From Bdellovibrionales bacterium (GTDB lineage: Bacteria > Bdellovibrionota > Bdellovibrionia > Bdellovibrionales > JAUICD01): 64,000 nucleotides of DNA. Below are positions 19,532 through 29,516 of this stretch, piece after piece (the stretch's first letter is position 1; every line of letters starts with the position of its first letter). The stretch is taken from contig OZ253553.1 of the NCBI GenBank assembly GCA_965262715.1, forward strand, positions 2,752,001 through 2,816,000. The letters run 5' to 3'. A program made the translations under genes and the position numbers. Under the pieces are notes generated by a model, which did not search any database, was not told the origin of the DNA, and was given only the letters and a program-made list of their open reading frames with translations.

Positions 19532-22500
19532 ATGACAGAAAGAGACTTAGAACAACAATGTATTGACTGGTTCAAAGAAATTGGATGGAACTACCATCGT
19601 GGATATGACATCGCTCCTGATACAGACAATCCCAAACGTACAGATTATAGGCAAGTTGCATTAGAGGAATATTTATCTGAGTCCTTAGAAAGAATCAATC
19701 CTGATATTCCAAAAGAAAACATTAATGAGATCATTATAAAATTGACTCGACTTGATGCGTCCTCTGTTGAGTTCAATAATCGACAATTTCATAGATATAT
19801 TAATAATGGTATCCCTATTGAAATAAGAACAGATGAAGGTATGAAAAATGATATCGTTAGAATTATCGACTTTGAAAATCTACATAATAACCATTTTCTT
19901 GTAGTCAATCAGTTTACTGTTCAAGGAAACAATGGAAATCGAAGACCTGATATAGTTGTTTTTATCAATGGACTGCCTATCGTTGTTATTGAATTAAAAG
20001 ACCCTTTTGATGAAAATGAAGACATCTGGGAAGCCTATAAACAAATGGAAACTTATAAAGAAGAACTAACTGATCTCTTCGCCTACAATTTAGCCTGTGT
20101 GATCTCGGATGGATCAAATGCTAGAATAGGTTCCATTACAGCAGGAAAAGAAAGATACGGATTTTGGAGAACATTAAAAACAGAAAAAGATTGTCCAAAT
20201 TTTGAGTTTGAAATTGAAACTGTGATTAAAGGTTTTTTTGATAAAGAACTTCTTCTTGATTATCTTCGTTACTTTGTTGTTTTTGAAGAAAATGCAGGAA
20301 ACATTACAAAAAAAATTGCAAACTACCATCAATTTCATGCTGTACGTCAAGCCATTAATAGTACAATTGCTGCTACTTGTGATGTCAAAGATGGTAAATG
20401 TGGGGTGGTTTGGCATACTCAAGGTAGTGGAAAATCTATTTCTATGTGCTGCTATGCTGCTAAGCTCATGTCTCATGAAAGAATGAATAATCCCACTTTA
20501 GTTGTTGTCACAGATCGAAATGATCTTGATGGTCAACTCTATGAAACTTTTTGTAATGCCAGTGAACTTTTAAAAGAACATCCTCAACAGGCTGAGAATC
20601 GAAACAAGTTAAGACAACTTCTTAATCGACCATCAGGAGGGATTATTTTTACTACCATTCAAAAGTTTTCTCTTTTAAATGGTGAACATAAATTTCCAAA
20701 ACTGACTGATCGAAGTAATGTTGTTGTTATTTCTGATGAAGCTCACAGAAGCCAATATGGATTAAAAGCGAAGATTCGAGAAATCGATGGTAGAATAGTC
20801 TATGGTTATGCAAAACATTTGAGAGATGCCTTGCCAAATGCTGGGTTTATTGGTTTTACAGGAACACCCATATCAAAACAAGATAGAGATACTGTAGCTG
20901 TCTTTGGTGATTATGTTTCTATCTATGATATTAAACAAGCAGTTAAAGATTGTGCCACAGTTCCAATTTACTATGAGTCCAGGCTAGCTCAACTTCAGCT
21001 AGTTCAAGAAGCAAATGAGATTGATGCTGAAGTGGATGAAATTATGGAACAGTCCAATAATGGCTCAGACACCTATATCAATAAACAAAAAAGAAAATGG
21101 GCTGCGCTGGAAAAGTTAGTGACTACTGAGTCACGAATGAAACAAATTGCTGAAAATATTATTGAACACTGGGAAAAAAGACTAAATATTATGGATGGGA
21201 AAGCTATGATTGTTTGCATCTCAAGACAAGCTTGTGTGCAGATGTATAATGAGATTATTCATCTTAAACCTGAATGGGTTGGAACAACTGATAAAGTTGG
21301 TCGACCTCACCTGCAAAATGGTGTGATCAGAGTTGTGATGACAGGAAGTGCTAGCGATGAAAAGTTTCTTCGCACTCATGTCTATGACAAAAAGGGACGT
21401 AAAAGCTTGGAAAACCGCTTTAAAGATCCAAGTGACTCTTTGAAGATTGTTATTGTAAGAGATATGTGGCTGACAGGTTTTGATGCTCCTATTTTACATA
21501 CTATGTACATTGATAAACCCATGAGAGGAGCTAACCTCATGCAAGCCATTGCTCGTGTCAATAGAGTTTTTGAAGAGAAGCCAGGTGGTCTTATAGTTGA
21601 TTATCTTGGTATTGCTAATGATCTTAAAGATGCTCTTAAAACCTATATCCAAGCTGGAGGGAAATCAAAACCAACAATTGATATCTATGAGGTATTAGGA
21701 GTTCTTCAAGGTAAAATAGATTATGTAAGGGATATGCTCAAAAACATTAACTACTTGGAATATAAAGATCCTAAGAAAATTTTCTCTATCATTACTGATG
21801 CCTGTGATTATCTTTTGGAAACAGAAGATAGAAAGAAAACATTTTGTGATACTGTCTTAGCTATGACAAAAGCCAATGCTTTATGCGGCGTTGTTCCTGA
21901 AGCTGTAGAGCTTCAGGATGAAATAGCTTTTTTTCAAGCTGTTAGAGTAGCTCTTACTAAAAAAGATCGTCTTCAAGAAAGTATTTCTGATGAGCAAGTA
22001 CAAAATGCTCTTAGACAAGTGGTTTCCAATGCTATTGTCTCAGATAAGATTATTGATATTTTTGAAGCAGCAGGACTTCATAAACCAGATATTTCAATTT
22101 TATCTGAAGAATTTCTAGAAGAAATTAAAAATATAAAACAAAAAAATTTAGCAGTAGAAATGCTTTCTCGTCTCCTCAAAGAAGAATTTAAATCAAAGAT
22201 AGCAACGAATATTATCCAACAAAAAAAATACTCTCAATTGCTCACTGATGCATTGAACAAGTATAGAAATCGTACTATTGAGACATCTCAAGTCATTGAG
22301 GAGCTAATACAAATGGCTAAAGATTTTAGAACAGAAAAAGATAGAGGACAAAGTCTTGGGTTGAACAATGATGAATTAGCCTTTTACGATGCTCTTTCTG
22401 ATAACGATTCTGCAAAAGAAGTCTTAGGAGATGAAATTCTTAAAAAAATGGCGAATGAACTTACAGAGCAATTGAGAAAAAGTGTAACAATCGATTGGGC

Positions 22501-22645
22501 TAAAAGAGAAAGTGTGCGTGCTAATATTCGGCTCAAGATTAGAAGATTATTAAAAAAATATAAGTATCCACCTGACAAAGAAGATGCTGCTGTAAAGTTA
22601 GTGCTTGAGCAAGCAGAAACTTTATCACAAAGCTGGATTCATTAA
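19532..22645 (+). CDS. hsdR: Type I R-M restriction subunit
   Basis: RPDIVVFINGLP..IELK, WHTQGSGKS, DEAHRSQYG, FTGTP, QAIARVNR, C-terminal DW..RESVRA..YKYPPD. Confidence 0.97.
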   Translation: MTERDLEQQCIDWFKEIGWNYHRGYDIAPDTDNPKRTDYRQVALEEYLSESLERINPDIPKENINEIIIKLTRLDASSVEFNNRQFHRYINNGIPIEIRTDEGMKNDIVRIIDFENLHNNHFLVVNQFTVQGNNGNRRPDIVVFINGLPIVVIELKDPFDENEDIWEAYKQMETYKEELTDLFAYNLACVISDGSNARIGSITAGKERYGFWRTLKTEKDCPNFEFEIETVIKGFFDKELLLDYLRYFVVFEENAGNITKKIANYHQFHAVRQAINSTIAATCDVKDGKCGVVWHTQGSGKSISMCCYAAKLMSHERMNNPTLVVVTDRNDLDGQLYETFCNASELLKEHPQQAENRNKLRQLLNRPSGGIIFTTIQKFSLLNGEHKFPKLTDRSNVVVISDEAHRSQYGLKAKIREIDGRIVYGYAKHLRDALPNAGFIGFTGTPISKQDRDTVAVFGDYVSIYDIKQAVKDCATVPIYYESRLAQLQLVQEANEIDAEVDEIMEQSNNGSDTYINKQKRKWAALEKLVTTESRMKQIAENIIEHWEKRLNIMDGKAMIVCISRQACVQMYNEIIHLKPEWVGTTDKVGRPHLQNGVIRVVMTGSASDEKFLRTHVYDKKGRKSLENRFKDPSDSLKIVIVRDMWLTGFDAPILHTMYIDKPMRGANLMQAIARVNRVFEEKPGGLIVDYLGIANDLKDALKTYIQAGGKSKPTIDIYEVLGVLQGKIDYVRDMLKNINYLEYKDPKKIFSIITDACDYLLETEDRKKTFCDTVLAMTKANALCGVVPEAVELQDEIAFFQAVRVALTKKDRLQESISDEQVQNALRQVVSNAIVSDKIIDIFEAAGLHKPDISILSEEFLEEIKNIKQKNLAVEMLSRLLKEEFKSKIATNIIQQKKYSQLLTDALNKYRNRTIETSQVIEELIQMAKDFRTEKDRGQSLGLNNDELAFYDALSDNDSAKEVLGDEILKKMANELTEQLRKSVTIDWAKRESVRANIRLKIRRLLKKYKYPPDKEDAAVKLVLEQAETLSQSWIH

Positions 22646-22703
22646 TGAAAATAGGGTTGTATAAATGTATGTATTGTACAAGTCATATAATGATACGAGT
22701 ACG

Positions 22704-23756
22704 TTATTGGCACTTGCTTTGAATTTGCAAGACTTCTTTTTCTGAAAGCCCTGTTGCTTTACTTATGGCTTGTATATCCATATCAGTTGTCTTTAGAAGA
22801 TTTATAGCAACTTTCTGCAATCCTTTCTGCAAACCTTTCTGCAAACCTTTCTGTAAACCTTCCTGCAATCCTTCCTGCAACCCTTCCTGTAGACCTTCTT
22901 GCCTTATGCGATCTCTCATCATTTGTAATGGTGGCATTGTTCTCTTCTCCTTTGATACATTCTTTTCTTCTATCTCTTGTAAAGTATTCCAAGTAAAGTT
23001 TGGATCACAAAGTCTCACACAATCAACTGCCCTGTCCATTAAAAAAATACGGTCTTCTTTACTGGAAAGCTTATTGGACAACTTAAACAAATCTGAAATG
23101 ACCTGCTCATCTAAGTTCCATACACTCTTTAGTATAAACAAAATCGTCCCAGATAGCAAGTCCTTTGAGCTTAATTCTGCCATTCCTAAATCATTTAAGT
23201 TTAATAATCTATACTTATAATTTAAAACATTCTCGCCGAAAGCCTTTTTAAGCTCTAAAGACTTAAAATTCAAGTAATCATGGAAACTCAAAGGCAAATT
23301 CCATCCTCTTTTACCAGAGTAAACCAACACAGGGATCACTATGGATGGAGCTTTACGTTTTCCACTCTTAACATCTTTACTGTCTTTCTCATAAATACTT
23401 GCTTGATACTTAAGAAGCTGTAAAAAAATATCCGAGTCATTATAGGATTTATGCTCAAAAAGAAAAATAATTTCTACAATCTCATCTGAATCTTTCATCT
23501 TCACTGAAAAAATCACATCAGCTCTCTGCTCCCTAAACACCTGATCTACAAAAACAGTCACTTTTGACTGTAGAGTCTTCCAATCAAAAAGATCAAATTC
23601 TTCAGGAGTTAAAACCAAACGAAACAAGTCTAAAACATACCGCTCCTTGCTATAAATTTCATAAAACAAATGATTGAAAATATGAAAAACTTCACGTTTT
23701 AACTCCTGTTTGTTTTTTGGAAGCTTTACCTTTTTATACTTAGATCTGACCATCAC
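22704..23756 (-). CDS. Rpn YhgA-like protein, copy A2 (7 GLQx repeats; internal start at 22937)
   Basis: Near-identical to A1; AAGGAG-N9-ATG internal site. Confidence 0.9.
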   Translation of the reverse strand: MMVRSKYKKVKLPKNKQELKREVFHIFNHLFYEIYSKERYVLDLFRLVLTPEEFDLFDWKTLQSKVTVFVDQVFREQRADVIFSVKMKDSDEIVEIIFLFEHKSYNDSDIFLQLLKYQASIYEKDSKDVKSGKRKAPSIVIPVLVYSGKRGWNLPLSFHDYLNFKSLELKKAFGENVLNYKYRLLNLNDLGMAELSSKDLLSGTILFILKSVWNLDEQVISDLFKLSNKLSSKEDRIFLMDRAVDCVRLCDPNFTWNTLQEIEEKNVSKEKRTMPPLQMMRDRIRQEGLQEGLQEGLQEGLQKGLQKGLQKGLQKVAINLLKTTDMDIQAISKATGLSEKEVLQIQSKCQ

Positions 23757-24026
23757 AAAACCTCTTAACTAGCTATGAACCTTATTAAACATAAAAACCT
23801 TAATCAAATGAAAACTCCTGCTTGCATCATAATTTAATTTCAAAAATATAAAAAAATACTCATCAAAACCTCTCTAGATAAATCCTTCTGCAACAAGACC
23901 TCTGAAAAGTACAGTTCTTCGAGTCCATATTTCATTAGAAATAAAATGGTAAGGTATTAGTTTTTTAAGATTTTGTTTTGCTTTTTCTAAAAAACCAGTA
24001 TTCTCTCTAAAACTCTCATATAAAAT

Positions 24027-24566
24027 CTATCGTTTAGATTTTTCTTGAAGCTTACAAATTTCTTCCTTTGAAAAACCAGTAACTTTAGATATTTTTTCTG
24101 CACTCATACCAGTGTTTAGAAGCTTTAATATAACTTCTGCTATCCCTTCCTCTATTCCTTCCTTAAGCCCTTGTACAATCCCCTCTAGTTGTCCTTCTCT
24201 GCGGGCTAGGTTTTCTGCACTAATCCCATTTCTTTCTTTTATATTGATTGCTTCTAAGTATTCTCTTAAAACTTCATCTTGAGATAATTTCCAAAGCTTC
24301 ATCCTTGTTTTTGCTGTATTTTTTCCTTTCATAGCTTCTCTAAGGTCTTCTAATTTTTTAAGTCTTTGAGATTGTTGGATTGAAAGTTTTGTTATCTGAG
24401 CAATAAGCTGCAATTCCATATTTTGCTCTAACATCCGTAAAGCTATTTCTGCCCTCTCTTTCTCTATCCCTTTCTCCATACCTTCCTCTATAATTTCCTC
24501 TATAACTTTCTCTATAACTCTCTCCATAACCTTCTCCATGCCTTTCTCTATACCTTCATCAATCAA
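24027..24566 (-). CDS. Rpn C-terminal-domain repeat protein (two units; 5' end frameshifted/uncertain)
   Basis: EGMEKGIEK..IALRML..IAQITKLS followed by WKLSQDEVLREYLEAI..ISKVTGFSKEEI. Confidence 0.65.
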   Translation of the reverse strand: MIDEGIEKGMEKVMERVIEKVIEEIIEEGMEKGIEKERAEIALRMLEQNMELQLIAQITKLSIQQSQRLKKLEDLREAMKGKNTAKTRMKLWKLSQDEVLREYLEAINIKERNGISAENLARREGQLEGIVQGLKEGIEEGIAEVILKLLNTGMSAEKISKVTGFSKEEICKLQEKSKR

Positions 24567-24569
24567 TCA

Positions 24570-25146
24570 TAAGTGCTTTTTATTTTTTGACCTTCCTTAC
24601 TTTTAATAACTTCACTTTCAATCTTTACAAATTCCTTCTTTAAGAGCATTTAAATTTTTTGAGTGCGATATCAAGATCATGAAATTATTTTTTAAGTTTT
24701 TCAAGTTGCTGAATGGAAAGTTTTGTTATCTGGGCAATAAGTTGTAATTCCATATTTTGCTCTAACATTCGCAAAGCCACTTCTACCCTCTCTTTCTCTA
24801 TCCCTTTCTCCATACCTTCATCAATCAATTGATCATAAGTGCTCTTCATTATTTGATTCTCCTTACTTTTAATAATCTCATCTTCTATTTTTATAAAACC
24901 CTCTCTCGAGTAATCTGTAGCCTGAAGTATATATCTTCCTAAAATATCAGCACTTTCTTGATAATTTGGATCCTTACCATTTTGTCGTAAACAGATAAGT
25001 TTTTTTCTTCATCTTCTTTTTGAGAAAAGTCCCAAAAGTTCTCTGTGCTAATTCTATCTCTTTCTCTTTTATCGAATGCATCTATATATTCTTGTAAAAC
25101 CTCATCTTGAGATAAGTTCAAGAGATGTTTCACTGCTTTTGCTATA
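24570..25146 (-). pseudogene. Decayed mosaic of Rpn C-terminal units
   Basis: Start codon ATG to ATA after AAGGAAG RBS; AKAVKHLLNLSQDE..ERDRISTENFWDFSQKE chimera; 24687-24870 duplicates parts of 24360-24610. Confidence 0.7.
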
Positions 25147-25156
25147 CTTCTTCCTT

Positions 25157-26050
25157 TTATATTTCCTTAAGCTTTTCTAACTCTTCTCTACTCAGCTTTG
25201 TAGAATCAAGAATAACTTGAATATCAACTCCACTTTTTAGCATATTTAAAGCAATTTCTCTGCATTCTTTCTCAATCCCTTTCTCTATCTCCTTCTCTAT
25301 CCCTTCTTGTTGTCCTTCTCTTCGAGCTAAGTTTTCTGCACTAATTCTATCTCTCTCTTGTTTATCGATTGCTTCTAAATATTCTATTAAAACTTCATCT
25401 TGAGATAAGTTCCAAAACTTCTTTCCTGTTCTTGCTATATTTCTTCCTTTCATAGCTTCTCTAAGGTCTTCTAATCTTTTAAGTCCTTCTAATGCGTCCT
25501 TAGTAAATTTTGTAACATCAAGAATAATCTGAGTATCGACTCCATTTTTTAGCATATTTAAAGCAACATTCTCACGTTCTTTATGTAGTCCTTTTATAAC
25601 TCCTTCTTCAAATCCTTCTGTGTGAATGAGTTTTTCTCTATTGACTCTATTCTTCTTTTTCTTTTCAAGGATATGTAGGTATTCACTTTCAATCTCTTTT
25701 TGAGAAATATCCCGGTAGTTCTCTACTTCCCTTGTTATGTCAATATCTTGACTCTTAAAATTCTTATACAAAATCTGCTGTTTAGCTTTTTCCTTAAATT
25801 CATAAATTTTTTCTTTTGAAAAACCAGTGACTTCAGATATCCTTTCTATTTCTACACCAGAATCTAGAAACTTTAATATGGCTTCCTCTACTCCTTCCTG
25901 TTGTCCTTTCTTAAATCCATCCTCGACACCTACTTTATAAACATGTTCTTCGCTACTAACTCTATCTCTTTCCATCTTGTCATAGGCATACAAGTATTCC
26001 TCTTCACCTTCTTTTTGGGAAAAATTCCAAAGTTTCTCTGTTTCTGCCAT
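25157..26050 (-). CDS. Three-unit Rpn C-terminal-domain protein without nuclease domain
   Basis: Own GAGGAG-ACGAT-ATG; three WNFSQ/RDISQ/WNLSQ units. Confidence 0.8.
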   Translation of the reverse strand: MAETEKLWNFSQKEGEEEYLYAYDKMERDRVSSEEHVYKVGVEDGFKKGQQEGVEEAILKFLDSGVEIERISEVTGFSKEKIYEFKEKAKQQILYKNFKSQDIDITREVENYRDISQKEIESEYLHILEKKKKNRVNREKLIHTEGFEEGVIKGLHKERENVALNMLKNGVDTQIILDVTKFTKDALEGLKRLEDLREAMKGRNIARTGKKFWNLSQDEVLIEYLEAIDKQERDRISAENLARREGQQEGIEKEIEKGIEKECREIALNMLKSGVDIQVILDSTKLSREELEKLKEI

Positions 26051-26089
26051 ATCGTCTCCTCAACCCTTAAAGTCCTCATATAAAGTTTA

Positions 26090-26320
26090 TTACTTAGACT
26101 TATCTTGAAATTTACAAATTTCTTCCTTTGAAAAACCAGTAACTTTAGACACTTCTTCTCCACTCATTACAACGCCTTAAAAGTTTCAATATAACTTCCT
26201 TTATTCTTTCTTGTTGTCTTTCTTTTTTACCTTTCTTAATTCCTTTTTCTATCCATTCTTATCATCTTTCCAGATGTTCTTCTCTGTGAGCTAGATTGTC
26301 TGCACTAACCCTCTCTCTTT
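26090..26320 (-). pseudogene. Decayed single Rpn C-terminal unit
   Basis: VSADNLAHRE..EVILKLL..EEVSKVTGFSKEEICKFQDKSK* with frameshifts. Confidence 0.7.
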
Positions 26321-26343
26321 TAGAGATCCTATCTCTTTTGGAT

Positions 26344-26946
26344 TTATAGATATTTTTTAAGATGTTCTAATTTTTTAAGTCTTTCTAACTCGTCCTTAGT
26401 AAATTTTGTAACATCAAGAATAACCGGGGTATCAACTCCAATCTTTACCATATTTAAAGTAATGTTCTCACGTTCTTTTTGTAGTCCTTTTATAAATCCT
26501 TCTTCAAATCCTTCTTTGCGAATGAGTTTCTCTCTATTGGCCCTATTCTTCTTTTTCCTTTCGAGAACATACAAGTGTTCACCTTCATCCTCTTCTTGAG
26601 AAACATCCCAATAGTTCTCTACTTCCTTTGTTATATCAATGTTTTGATTCTTAAAATTCTTATACAAAATCTGTTGTTTAGTTTTTTCATGAAACTTATG
26701 AATTTTTTCTTTTGTAAAACCAGTAATTTCAGATACTTTTTCTATCTCCTCATCAGCATCTAAAAATTTTAATATAACTCCCTCCATTCCTTCTTGTCGT
26801 CCTTGCTCAAATCCATCCTCAACACCTTCTTTATAAACAAATTCTTCTCTAGTTATTCTATCTCTTTCCATCTTGTCGTAGACAGATAAGTTTTTTTCTT
26901 CACCTTCTTTTTGAGAAAAGTCCCAAAAGTTTTCTGCCTTTGCCAT
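26344..26946 (-). CDS. Two-unit Rpn C-terminal-domain protein without nuclease domain
   Basis: Own GAGGAG-ACGAT-ATG; paralogous to the first two units of 25157..26050. Confidence 0.8.
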   Translation of the reverse strand: MAKAENFWDFSQKEGEEKNLSVYDKMERDRITREEFVYKEGVEDGFEQGRQEGMEGVILKFLDADEEIEKVSEITGFTKEKIHKFHEKTKQQILYKNFKNQNIDITKEVENYWDVSQEEDEGEHLYVLERKKKNRANREKLIRKEGFEEGFIKGLQKERENITLNMVKIGVDTPVILDVTKFTKDELERLKKLEHLKKYL

Positions 26947-26985
26947 ATCGTCTCCTCAATCCTTAAGGTTCTTATATAAATTCTA

Positions 26986-27273
26986 TTATTTAGATCTTTC
27001 TTGAAACTTACAAATTTCTTCCCTTGAAAAACCGGTAACTTTAGACACTTCCTCTGCACTCATACCAGTATTTAGAAACTTTAATATAACTTCCGCTATC
27101 CCTTCCTGCCGTCCTTTTTCTATCCCTTTTTCTATTCCCTCCTGTTGTCCTTCTCTGCGGGCTAGGTTTTCTGCGCTAATTCTATCTCTTTCTCTTTTAT
27201 CAAACGCATCTATATATTCTTGTAAAGCCTCATCTTGGGATAAGTTCAAGAGATGTTTTACTGCTTTTGCCAT
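26986..27273 (-). CDS. Intact Rpn-S ORF of disrupted B3, 95 aa
   Basis: AAGGAG-AAGAT-ATG; open to the stop at 26986. Confidence 0.7.
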   Translation of the reverse strand: MAKAVKHLLNLSQDEALQEYIDAFDKRERDRISAENLARREGQQEGIEKGIEKGRQEGIAEVILKFLNTGMSAEEVSKVTGFSREEICKFQERSK

Positions 27274-27412
27274 ATCTTCTCCTTTATTTTCCAAACTCTT
27301 ATATTCAGTATCATTCATTTTATATGAATTCTTTAATAAATAACACCATGACTCTCTTATATCATACAATTGCTTTACATTTTTATCAAATTTCCCTAAC
27401 TCTGCTTTTTTC

Positions 27413-27526
27413 ACTAAAAATGAACCAGCCGTCGAGGTGAGCCTCTGGCTGTTTTTGGGCAATGACCCCGACGGCTAATGCCCTCGGCAAATAGGTCATT
27501 GCCTCAAAAACCTGTTCATTTTTAGT
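27413..27526. repeat. GC-rich multi-stem palindromic element (MITE/REP-like or structured RNA)
   Basis: 13-bp closing IR ACTAAAAATGAAC/GTTCATTTTTAGT; inner stems CAGCC..GGCTG and TTTTTGGGCAATGACC/GGTCATTGCCTCAAAAA. Confidence 0.75.
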
Positions 27527-27944
27527 AAGAAGATACTCTTCATTTTTTAATAAGATGCTAAGGGAATATTAAAGCCTACATGCATATACCAATGCTCTAT
27601 CTGTAAAATAAGGTTTTGATACTGTTTGCATCTCTACATTTACAATCTCTGTTTTCTGGGTACCTGATTGTGTGTTCCTTTTTAAATGCATTCTCAAGTC
27701 GAGAACAAATCTTCTACCAGATTCTTCACCTTTTATAACAGAAGGAGTATCAGGATGAAGATCAGGATCTAAAACGTCTACTTTTATAACTTCTGAATGT
27801 TTTGGAAGTGGCAAAAAATGTGTGAGTAGTGATTTTAAAGCTTCTTCATTGCCTTTAAAATAGGTTTTAAAAGCTGCGTCATTTGTTAATTTTAAAAAAT
27901 GAGACTTTTTTAAAAATTCTTCAATATCTAATAACTGATGTTTA

Positions 27945-29351
27945 GAGGTTGTCCCATAGATCGGTGAAATTTTCTTATAGAAATTAGAAGAAAGTAGAGC
28001 TCCCGGCTATCCTAAGTGGTCTAGCCGTTGTTTACTGTTTTTATTTTATCAGGAAATAGATAACAGAAAGGAGCTATTATGAAGAGTAGTAAGAATGGTT
28101 ATTCAATTCAAGTTTTATCATCTGAGTCAAATGAGATTCGAGAGATCCTAGAGCATCGCATGAGATCAATGGTTATTAATATGATCCATGATTTCTTTGA
28201 GGATGAGTTATTATCACTGTGTGGTAAGCGTCATGTTCGTGGTCGTGATACAAGATATTACAGAGCGGGTAGTGATTCTGGGAGTGTTCTTGCACAAGGT
28301 CAAAGGCTTCAGGTGAGGAAGCCTAGGGTGAAGGAGAAGGGAGGTTCTGATATTAAGCTGCGGTCTTATTCAGTGCTTCAAAAGTATGACATACTTTGTG
28401 ATAAAGTTTTGAGTCATGCTATGAGAGGGGTATCTTGTCGTAATTACAATGAACTTCTTGATGATATTGTAGGAGGGACGGGTCTTTCTAAGAGTACAGT
28501 GAGCAGAGTCTTTAATAAGTCATCTAGGAAGTTTCTTGAATCTTTAAATGGTCGTGATCTGAGTAAGGATAAGTTTTCATCAATTATGATTGATGGTGTT
28601 GTTTTTGGATCAAGGACAGTGGTTGTAGCTCTTGGCATCACAGTTGAAGGTAAGAAGTTAGTTCTGGGTCTTAGAGAGGGTCATACAGAGAACTGGGAAG
28701 TTTGCAAGGACTTATTAGAGAGTTTAATAGCAAGAGGTCTTTGTTCAGATAAGCCTTACCTTTTTGTAATTGATGGTAGCAGATCTTTAAGGACAGCTAT
28801 TAATAGAGTTTTTGGTAAGAGAGCAGTAGTTCAACGCTGTATTCACCACAAGGAGAGGAACGTTTTAAGTTATTTACCTCAGGAACGTCATTTAGAGTTT
28901 AAGCGTCGCTGGAAGATGGTGCATGGTTTTAATGATTATGATTCTGCTCAGAGAGAATACAATAAGTTACTGAGTTGGTTAAGCAGGATTAATTATGCAG
29001 CATTGGCTTCACTTAAGGAAGCAAAGGAGGAGACACTGACAGTTATCAAGTTGAAGGTATCTCCACTGCTAAGGAGAACCTTATCTTCTACAAATCCTAT
29101 TGAGTCTGCCTTTTCTATTGTAAGTGATAAAGTCAGCAGGGTTAAGAACTGGAGAAGTTCTCCAGATCAGGTTATGAGATGGGCTGCTGCTTCTTTAGTT
29201 GAAGCTGAAAAAAAGTTTAGAGCTATTAAAGGGTATAAAGATTTAAATACAATGGAAGAAAATTTAAACCTATTGACTAACAATAGAAACAGGCGTAGCA
29301 AAACATCAAGCTCTGCTTAACTTCAATTTCACCGAAACGTGGGACATCCTC
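27945..29351 (+). mobile_element. IS256-family insertion sequence
   Basis: 27-bp imperfect IRs GAGGTTGTCCCATAGATCGGTGAAATT / AATTTCACCGAAACGTGGGACATCCTC; 8-bp target duplication GATGTTTA (27937-27944, 29352-29359). Confidence 0.95.
28079..29320 (+). CDS. IS256-family transposase
   Basis: IMIDG, ALGIT.EG.K..LG, VIDG, QRCIHHK.RN, STNPIES motifs. Confidence 0.95.
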   Translation: MKSSKNGYSIQVLSSESNEIREILEHRMRSMVINMIHDFFEDELLSLCGKRHVRGRDTRYYRAGSDSGSVLAQGQRLQVRKPRVKEKGGSDIKLRSYSVLQKYDILCDKVLSHAMRGVSCRNYNELLDDIVGGTGLSKSTVSRVFNKSSRKFLESLNGRDLSKDKFSSIMIDGVVFGSRTVVVALGITVEGKKLVLGLREGHTENWEVCKDLLESLIARGLCSDKPYLFVIDGSRSLRTAINRVFGKRAVVQRCIHHKERNVLSYLPQERHLEFKRRWKMVHGFNDYDSAQREYNKLLSWLSRINYAALASLKEAKEETLTVIKLKVSPLLRRTLSSTNPIESAFSIVSDKVSRVKNWRSSPDQVMRWAAASLVEAEKKFRAIKGYKDLNTMEENLNLLTNNRNRRSKTSSSA

Positions 29352-29414
29352 GATGTTTATTACTTGAACCCATAATTTACGCCCTCCTAAAATGAAAAAT
29401 CTAATAGGAATACA

Positions 29415-29516
29415 AGCAAAATACATGCCAAGCTAAAAGCAGGAATAAACAAGGTTTCAGATTTAAAACATAAGATATTGTCCAACAACTTGGACATCGA
29501 ATCCGGATTTCATACA
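29415..29516 (-). promoter_or_regulatory. Sigma-54 promoter (29415-29431) and palindromic UAS (29479-29496), copy 3
   Basis: Same motifs and spacing as copy 1. Confidence 0.8.

Larger units (their letters stand above)
24027..27273 (-). repeat. Tandem array of ~11 divergent Rpn C-terminal (Rpn-S-like) units
   Basis: Recurring W.(L/F)SQ.E..Y..K.ERDR..EG.E.G..(I/V)..T.(F/L)S.E unit of about 85-100 codons. Confidence 0.85.
26986..29373 (-). pseudogene. Rpn B3, disrupted by IS256 and by replacement of ~180 nt with a palindromic element
   Basis: 29360-29373, 27570-27944 and ~27140-27403 are near-identical to B1. Confidence 0.92.

Noticed and set aside
22646..22703. Terminator between convergent hsdR and rpnA (three copies)
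   Set aside because: No GC-rich hairpin with a U-tract visible on either strand
24027..27273. Diversity-generating retroelement explaining the variable units
   Set aside because: No reverse transcriptase in the window, and differences among units are not adenine-specific
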